This document shows, piece after piece, positions 58,055 through 64,000 of a stretch of 64,000 bases of DNA. Numbering within the stretch: the stretch's first letter is position 1; every line of letters begins with the position of its first letter. Source of the DNA: Lutibacter sp. (lineage in GTDB: Bacteria > Bacteroidota > Bacteroidia > Flavobacteriales > Flavobacteriaceae). Both the position numbers and the translations under genes were made by a program. The DNA lies in assembly GCF_021647265.1 (NCBI RefSeq), contig NZ_JAKIVA010000004.1; one strand, 5' to 3'. Below the pieces are notes generated by a model. It was not told where the DNA came from, ran no database searches, and worked only from the letters and a program-made list of their open reading frames with translations.

Positions 58055-60724
58055 TTAAAAATTAAATGTTGCAGTTAAGAAAAACCTTCTTGGTAATATT
58101 GGTCTTCCAAAGAAAAATTCTTCCTCTACTTCGGCTACATCTCTAGGGTTTCCTTCTGTAATGCCCTCACTATTAAATAAATTGAATATAGAAAACCCTA
58201 ATCTCAAGGTTTCGACATTTTGTCCCAAATCTATAGTATATCCAGTACCAAAACGCACAATATCTATAGCGTCAAGTTCAATGTTATTTATGTCTGAAGT
58301 AAATTTCTTACCTGAATGGTTTAAAGAAAAATTAGCATCAAATGTACTGTTATCATAATATAAGCCTATATTCCCTAATATATTTGGCTGTCTTACCATT
58401 TTATTACCAACATTAACCTCTGTCACACCTCCGTTTATTAAATCTTCATCTAAATTCTCAGTAAGTTTATGATCTTGTAAGGTTAAAGACCCAATTAAAC
58501 TCATATTATTTGATAATTTATAATTCCAAGTAGCTTCTAAACCAAAAGTTCTGGTACTTTGTTCTGTTCTGGTTTTGTCTACCAATGCGCCATCAACAAA
58601 ACCTTGTTTTATTCTTATTCTATCAGCCAGAGCTATGTAATATACAGCCAAAGATCCTGATAATTTTTCATTACCATATTTAGCTCCAGTTTCAAATTGA
58701 ACAATTCTTTCTGCTTGATATTTGGCTCCAGTTACTCCAGAAGCAATAGGGGCAAACCCTCTAATTTGAGGAAAGAAAAACCCTTTAGAAAAGTTAGCAT
58801 ATAAATTTACATCTTCATTTAACTCATATAAACCAGCTAATGAAACAGCCCAATCACTTGCACTTACATTGGCTCTAGTAAAACTACCGTCAGCAAATCT
58901 TACATCACTTAATTCCGGTGTTAAATCAGGATTATCATACACGGTTTGAGAGGTGATATTACCATTGCTAAATGTACCTTCTGTACTTTCAACCCTAAAC
59001 CCAACATCAAAACGCCATTTTTCAAAAACCATTTCATCTGTTAAATAAAAAGCAGTTCTACTTTGAGATAAAAACTTATTTGCGGTCATCCCAATTCTAT
59101 TTGATAGTCCTCCTTGGGAGTATATTACATTATCGCCGTTATTATTTATATAACTAAGGTTTATTATCCGTGGATTATTATTAAATTCTGATAGTACTCT
59201 GTATTGATAATTGATATCTTCTGCTTCTGAACGTGCAATATATGTTCCGGCCGTAATATTATGGCTTCCTTTATCTGTATAAATTGTTTTTGTTAAGGAT
59301 GCTTCACCTGAATAATCAGTAAGTGGTCGAATTCTGTCTATATGTAAATTATCTATTACTAAGTCATTACTATTCATAGGTTCAGTATCACCTTGATAAC
59401 TTGCAGTGTATCCTTGATTATTTGGGAATAAGGTGTTTACGTAACCTGATAATGAAATAGGGTTTCCGCCATTTGCACCATTACCTCCTACATATAAAGC
59501 AAAACTGTGTTTGTAACTGGCATATTTTATTTTTGATTTAAATTTTAAATCATCATTAAAATTATACTTAAAATCGGCCAATAAGTAACCTCCTTTTGTA
59601 TAAACACCATCTTCAATAGGACTTTCATAAACCCCTCCCGGAGTTAAAAATGAAGTATTTGCTAATTCTCCAGACAAAAGTTGATACACATCTTTACCAT
59701 CGTTTCCTTTTAATCTTTTTCTACTGCCTCCTTCTAAAGGTAATGGCATAAGAAATTGAACTTTATCATCAATAAATTGCCCGTGTAGTGTAAAGGAGCC
59801 TTTGTCAAACTTCTTTTTTATATTTCCTCTAAATTGTACGCCTTTTGTAGGTAATCCAGTTTCATAAGGGCCATCATCATATCTCATAAAACCTGTAAAT
59901 GCATAGTAAGTATTAGAATCTTCTCCACCTAATTGACCGCCTGAATAAAAGTCAACCTTCATTCTGCCTCTATCAGCCCATTCAGTACTTATAATATTTC
60001 CAGGATTGGCATCTCCCGTTTTACTGGTATAGTTTAAAATACCAGCCACAGAACCCGCACCATATAGTATTGCCGCTCCACCTCTTACAAATTCAGCTCC
60101 TACAAATCCTATATCAGGCCTAGCATATACATCATGTGCTGAGGAGTTTAATCCAAAAACACTAATTAAAGGCATACCATCGTATTGTAAAGGAGTGAAT
60201 ACATATTGTCCGCCAGAAGGCAGTCCTCTTACAAAAATGTTTGAAGCAGTTTCTCCACCACCACCTTCTGCGGTAAGCCCAGGGAAACTTCTTATAATAT
60301 CGGCCTGACTGTTAGCCGAAAGCCGAGTAATACCCTCTTGTTTAATAGAACTAATAGACATAGGTGTTTGTTTTTGAGATCTAAATGTTGAAGAAGAAGT
60401 AAGTACAACTTCATCTAAAACATTTTCACTTTCCTTAAGTACAATTTGAATACTAATTTTAGATTGATCTAAATTGATATTCTGTTCAAAGGTTTTATAC
60501 CCTAAATAAGATACTTTGAGTTTTTGACTACCTGCTAAATTTGCCGTAAAACTAAAATTCCCATCAAAATCAGATGTTGCACCAAAAGAACTTCCTTGTA
60601 TTAGAATATTGGCACCTGCTATAGGAACCCCTGAATTATCTTTTACAGTTCCTGAAATTTCTGTTTGTGAAACCATTAAAGTAACACTGAATAGAAAAAC
60701 TAGTGTGAAAATAACTTTTTTCAT
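58055..60724 (-). CDS. TonB-dependent receptor with an N-terminal carboxypeptidase-regulatory-like domain; no adjacent SusD
   Basis: 889 aa with a signal peptide. ISGTVKDNSGVPIAGANILIQGSSFGATSDFDGNFSF, then plug and a 22-strand barrel ending ...LTATFNF. Confidence 0.9.
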   Translation of the reverse strand: MKKVIFTLVFLFSVTLMVSQTEISGTVKDNSGVPIAGANILIQGSSFGATSDFDGNFSFTANLAGSQKLKVSYLGYKTFEQNINLDQSKISIQIVLKESENVLDEVVLTSSSTFRSQKQTPMSISSIKQEGITRLSANSQADIIRSFPGLTAEGGGGETASNIFVRGLPSGGQYVFTPLQYDGMPLISVFGLNSSAHDVYARPDIGFVGAEFVRGGAAILYGAGSVAGILNYTSKTGDANPGNIISTEWADRGRMKVDFYSGGQLGGEDSNTYYAFTGFMRYDDGPYETGLPTKGVQFRGNIKKKFDKGSFTLHGQFIDDKVQFLMPLPLEGGSRKRLKGNDGKDVYQLLSGELANTSFLTPGGVYESPIEDGVYTKGGYLLADFKYNFNDDLKFKSKIKYASYKHSFALYVGGNGANGGNPISLSGYVNTLFPNNQGYTASYQGDTEPMNSNDLVIDNLHIDRIRPLTDYSGEASLTKTIYTDKGSHNITAGTYIARSEAEDINYQYRVLSEFNNNPRIINLSYINNNGDNVIYSQGGLSNRIGMTANKFLSQSRTAFYLTDEMVFEKWRFDVGFRVESTEGTFSNGNITSQTVYDNPDLTPELSDVRFADGSFTRANVSASDWAVSLAGLYELNEDVNLYANFSKGFFFPQIRGFAPIASGVTGAKYQAERIVQFETGAKYGNEKLSGSLAVYYIALADRIRIKQGFVDGALVDKTRTEQSTRTFGLEATWNYKLSNNMSLIGSLTLQDHKLTENLDEDLINGGVTEVNVGNKMVRQPNILGNIGLYYDNSTFDANFSLNHSGKKFTSDINNIELDAIDIVRFGTGYTIDLGQNVETLRLGFSIFNLFNSEGITEGNPRDVAEVEEEFFFGRPILPRRFFLTATFNF

Positions 60725-60809
60725 TATATTATTATTTGATTGGTTAAAATGATATGACTAAACTATATAACATTTGTTAATGAATTTACTTATACATAAA
60801 AAAAAGATA

Positions 60810-60823
60810 CGCAAACGATTGCG
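60810..60823. promoter_or_regulatory. LacI/GalR-type operator candidate upstream of the TonB-dependent receptor operon
   Basis: cgcaaacgattgcg has 12 of 14 positions palindromic with a central CG. It resembles the family consensus TGCAAACGTTTGCA. It lies 86-99 nt upstream of the receptor ATG and abuts a tatctttt -7-like box on the minus strand. Confidence 0.45.
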
Positions 60824-61258
60824 GGAACGGTTGTTCTTTATAATTAATTTTAATATCAAATAGTTTCAGCACACTTTAAAATAAAAAACACATTAAAAAA
60901 GGAAACGATTTATAATAAAAATAGAGATTTATATAGTGTACTATTATTGAATTTGGGTTATTGTATATGTAATTTTTTAAGTTATGCACGAAAACTTTTT
61001 ATCAATAAAATTGTAGGTATTGAAATTTATTCTCTACCCTAGTAGTAACTAGGGTTATATTATTATATTAGGGGAGAAGTATAATTATTACCTATTAAAA
61101 GGATAATATAATTAAGAATACCTATAGCTCCTTTTTTAATTATTTTCTATATTTGAAGAAAGTATTAACTAAAGAAAATGGATTTATTGAAATAACATTA
61201 ATTTATCACAAACACTTAAAATAGTGTTTAAGTTGTTAGGTTTATATATTGTATCTAA

Positions 61259-62284
61259 GTGAAAAAAAAAAGAATTATTACTTTAAGAGATTTAGCTCAA
61301 AAATTAGATTTATCAACATCTACAGTATCAAGAGCGCTAAATAACCACCCAGATATAAGTAAGTTAACTAAAGATAAGGTTAAGGAATTAGCAGATGAGT
61401 TAAACTATACACCTAATATATTTGCAAAGGGGTTTAGACAACATAAATCAAGAACAATTGGAGTTATTGTTCCTAACATCTCGCATCATTATACATCAAC
61501 TATTATAAAAGGAATTCTTAAGGAATCTAATGTAAAAGGGTACATAGTAATTGTTACCGAATGCAATAATGATTTTGTGAAACAAACAGATTTACTCCAA
61601 ACAATGATTAAGTTTGGAGTTGATGGTATTTTAATGTCAGTTTCAAAAATGACTCAAAATGTTGATGATATACTTAAAACGTTACATAATGTTCCCATAG
61701 TACTATTTGATAAGGTACAAGATAAAATACCGTGTACTCAAATTTTAATCAATGAAGAAGAAGCTACTTTTAAGGTTGTAGAACACTTAATTAGTACGAA
61801 TAAAAGGAGAATTGCCATCATTAAAGAAACAGCGAGTTCTATCACTTCTGAAAAAAGATACGCAGGATATTTAAAAGCATTAAGAAAATATAACTTACCA
61901 ATTGATGAAAATATAATTTTAAGCACAGAAGATATTAATGTTTTAGAAGGGGAAAAAATGACTACTACATTATTAGATTTAGATAATAGGCCTGATGCAA
62001 TTATTGCAATAACAGATTTAGCTGCTATTGGAGCAATTAAAACATTAAAGAAAAATAATATTAAGATTCCAGAAGAAGTTGCTGTTGTTGGTTTTAGCAA
62101 CTCGTTAAGCTCAACAATTATTGAACCCAATTTAACAACGGTTGATCAGCCAGGACAAAGGATTGGAAAAATTGCAATAACATACTTAATTGAAGAAATA
62201 GAAAATGAATCTAGTGATATTGTTAATAAAACCATTGAAATTAAAACAAACCTTATTATAAGAGGTTCTACAATAAAAAATTAA
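61259..62284 (+). CDS. LacI-family transcriptional regulator
   Basis: 341 aa with a GTG start preceded by an in-frame TAA. ITLRDLAQKLDLSTSTVSRALNNHPDIS HTH plus a periplasmic-binding-protein-like sugar-binding core. Confidence 0.9.
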   Translation: MKKKRIITLRDLAQKLDLSTSTVSRALNNHPDISKLTKDKVKELADELNYTPNIFAKGFRQHKSRTIGVIVPNISHHYTSTIIKGILKESNVKGYIVIVTECNNDFVKQTDLLQTMIKFGVDGILMSVSKMTQNVDDILKTLHNVPIVLFDKVQDKIPCTQILINEEEATFKVVEHLISTNKRRIAIIKETASSITSEKRYAGYLKALRKYNLPIDENIILSTEDINVLEGEKMTTTLLDLDNRPDAIIAITDLAAIGAIKTLKKNNIKIPEEVAVVGFSNSLSSTIIEPNLTTVDQPGQRIGKIAITYLIEEIENESSDIVNKTIEIKTNLIIRGSTIKN

Positions 62285-62465
62285 ACAATATAAATTTCTT
62301 TTTAACATAAAAAACAGTTTTAAAATATTTTTTTTAAAACCTGATAAAACTCAAGTTTTTAGTTTGTGTAAAACGGTAGATTTGCATCAGAAAATTGAGA
62401 ATAATAAACTGTGGTTTTTTTATAGTTTTATTTTTAGTTACAAATGTTATCGTAAAGAAAAAATT

Positions 62466-63314
62466 ATGTATAAAATAATTGATAAAGAATTTCTTTCTGA
62501 AAATGTAGCAAGGCTAGTTATTGAAGCTCCTTATATCGCTAAAAGTAGAAAGGCTGGAAACTTTATAATTCTTAGAATTGACAAAAATGGAGAGAGAATT
62601 CCATTGACAATTGCAGATGCAAATATTGAAAAAGGTACCATAACTGTAATTGTACAACGTGTTGGCGTTTCTTCACACAAATTGTGTGCAATGAATATTG
62701 GTGATGCCTTGTTAGATGTTGTTGGTCCATTAGGAAAAGAAACTCACATCTCCAATGTTGGTACCGTTTTATGCGCAGGTGGAGGTGTTGGTGTTGCCCC
62801 ACTTTTCCCAATTGTACAAGCAATGAAATTAGCAGGAAATAGAGTGATAACGGTTATTGCTGCCAGAACAAAAGACCTTGTTATTTTGGAAGATGAAATG
62901 AGAGCGTATTCAGATGAGTTAATTATTATGACAGATGATGGGTCTTTAGGAAAAAAAGGATTGGTAACTCAAGGGATGGAAGAAGTGATTCTTAGAGAAA
63001 AAGTGAATGAAGCAGTTGTTATTGGACCAGCGATTATGATGAAATATGCAGCTTTAACAACCAAAAAATACGATATTCCTACGGTAGCAAGTTTAAATAC
63101 TATTATGGTTGATGGAACCGGAATGTGTGGAGCATGTAGAGTGTCAGTAGGGGGAAAAACAGAATTTGTTTGTGTAAATGGTCCTGAATTTGATGCGCAT
63201 AAAGTAAATTTTGACGAAATGATGTTTAGATTAAATGCCTATAAAACAAAGGAAGCTGAAGGTTATAGCGATTATTTAAAGTCGTTGGAATCAACAGCCC
63301 CTGCATTAGTTTAA
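62466..63314 (+). CDS. PyrK/NfnA-like FAD/NAD(P)-binding iron-sulfur subunit (sulfide dehydrogenase / ferredoxin-NADP reductase small subunit type)
   Basis: Start moved to MYKIIDKEF (ATG 62466), giving 282 aa. RIPLTIAD, GPLG, GGGVGVAP and the [2Fe-2S]-type motif DGTGMCGACRV....FVC. Confidence 0.8.
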   Translation: MYKIIDKEFLSENVARLVIEAPYIAKSRKAGNFIILRIDKNGERIPLTIADANIEKGTITVIVQRVGVSSHKLCAMNIGDALLDVVGPLGKETHISNVGTVLCAGGGVGVAPLFPIVQAMKLAGNRVITVIAARTKDLVILEDEMRAYSDELIIMTDDGSLGKKGLVTQGMEEVILREKVNEAVVIGPAIMMKYAALTTKKYDIPTVASLNTIMVDGTGMCGACRVSVGGKTEFVCVNGPEFDAHKVNFDEMMFRLNAYKTKEAEGYSDYLKSLESTAPALV

Positions 63315-63347
63315 GTCAAAGTATTCACAAGATTATATTGTATTAAG

Positions 63348-64000
63348 ATGTCAAAAGAATTAGATAAAGAATATTACAAAGCTGAACGTAAAGCCGAATG
63401 GCGAAATAAATTACGTAAAGAAATAAAAAGTAAAGAACGTACAAATGTTGTTAGGGTTCAAATGCCAGAGGCTGATCCAAACATTCGAAACAAGAGTAAT
63501 ATAGAGGTTAATAAAGGATTAACTTTAGAAATGGCAGTAAGTGAGTCTTCTCGCTGTTTAGATTGTGTTGTGCCAACTTGCGTATCAGGTTGCCCTGTAG
63601 GTACCAATATTCCAAAATTTGTAAAGTACATTGAAAGTGGAGATATTTTAGGTGCTGCTAAAGTATTGAAAGAAAACAATTCTTTGCCGGCAATTTGTGG
63701 AAGAGTTTGCCCTCAAGAAATACAATGCGAAGCACAATGTGTGTATGTTAAAAAATTAAGTAAAGAAGGATCTGCAATTGGCTATCTTGAAAGATTTGCA
63801 GCAGATTATGAACGTGAAAGTGGTAATAGTTCCATTCCTGAATTGGCTGAACCAAACGGAATTAAAATGGCAGTGATTGGGTCAGGGCCTGCAGGATTAA
63901 CAGTGGCAGGAGAATTGGCAAAATTTGGTTATGATGTTACTGTTTTTGAAGCACTACACGATTTAGGAGGTGTTTTAAAATATGGAATACCAGAATTTAG
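63348..64000 (+). CDS. GltD/NfnB-like NADPH-dependent glutamate synthase small-subunit homologue; N-terminal part only, the gene runs off the window end
   Basis: My translation from ATG 63348: MSKELDKEYYKAERKAEW...RCLDCVVPTCVSGCPVGTNIPKF...LPAICGRVCPQEIQCEAQC...KMAVIGSGPAGLTVAGELAKFGYDVTVFEALHDLGGVLKYGIPEF. This gives two Fe-S cluster motifs and a GxGxxG fold. Confidence 0.85.
   Translation, partial: MSKELDKEYYKAERKAEWRNKLRKEIKSKERTNVVRVQMPEADPNIRNKSNIEVNKGLTLEMAVSESSRCLDCVVPTCVSGCPVGTNIPKFVKYIESGDILGAAKVLKENNSLPAICGRVCPQEIQCEAQCVYVKKLSKEGSAIGYLERFAADYERESGNSSIPELAEPNGIKMAVIGSGPAGLTVAGELAKFGYDVTVFEALHDLGGVLKYGIPEF

Noticed and set aside
62364-62465. N-terminal extensions from alternative start codons in the track ORFs at 62364, 42479, 57990 and 17795
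   Set aside because: Downstream ATGs (62466, 42500, 57960, 17777) give N-termini that fit the family or a signal peptide. The extensions add non-conserved-looking residues (for example MCKTVDLHQKIENNKLWFFYSF).
1-64000. Search for CRISPR arrays, tandem repeats, rRNA/tRNA genes, transposases, integrases, restriction-modification or known defence genes
   Set aside because: None was seen. All intergenic gaps are short, AT-rich and non-repetitive apart from the hairpins listed. Every large ORF has a housekeeping, transport or catabolic assignment.

Overview
The window looks like a chromosomal segment of an AT-rich member of the Bacteroidota, probably a marine Flavobacteriaceae. The evidence for that placement is gldB/gldC, a PorP/SprF gene, a DUF5686 protein, TAnnTTTG-type promoter boxes and the uppS-bamA-ompH-ompH-murI gene order. 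G+C looks like roughly one third by eye; I did not compute it.

About 55 intact, tightly packed protein genes fill the window. I found no rRNA, tRNA, CRISPR array, transposase, integrase, prophage or recognisable defence-system genes.

Gene content from left to right:
- 1-9.4 kb: a minus-strand heavy-metal RND efflux locus. It carries a CusA-like pump, TolC and a CusB-like adaptor, plus an unusual accessory set: an HMA-AraC regulator, a P-II-like protein, DUF3347 present twice, an HYC/CC/PP cysteine protein and DUF302.
- 9.6-31 kb: housekeeping genes. These are PorP/SprF, a gamma-carbonic-anhydrase-like protein, murI, two ompH genes, bamA, uppS, nadK, pdxJ, tig, a DEAD-box helicase, an M1 peptidase, clpP, clpX, dnaG and nadE.
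- 31-41 kb: gldB/gldC followed by a folate and deoxynucleotide neighbourhood. It contains a FolK-deoxynucleoside kinase fusion, sppA, folA, two small inserted genes, thyA, a nucleoside permease, a bifunctional nuclease and etfAB.
- 41-50 kb: pdhB, DUF5686, soluble ppa next to membrane hppA, a second deoxynucleoside kinase and a YitT-family protein.
- 50-62 kb: a LacI-flanked eight-gene minus-strand operon. Its order is TonB-dependent receptor, GH63-like hydrolase, Na+/solute symporter, GH130 lipoprotein, MFS sugar porter, glycerate kinase and phosphomannose isomerase.
- 62-64 kb: an NfnAB/GltD-like oxidoreductase pair, truncated at the window end.

The best candidate for an undescribed system is the 50-62 kb operon. 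I read it as a catabolic locus for a glycoside of glycerate, of the mannosylglycerate (digeneaside) type. That is a hypothesis, not a demonstrated function.

Other items worth a second look:
- the accessory genes of the metal locus and a perfect 42-bp palindrome inside it;
- a DnaG whose four canonical zinc ligands are all substituted;
- the FolK-dNK fusion with a divergent kinase motif;
- several intergenic palindromes and structured regions.

All family assignments come from reading the translated ORFs by eye and recalling motifs. No database search was run.
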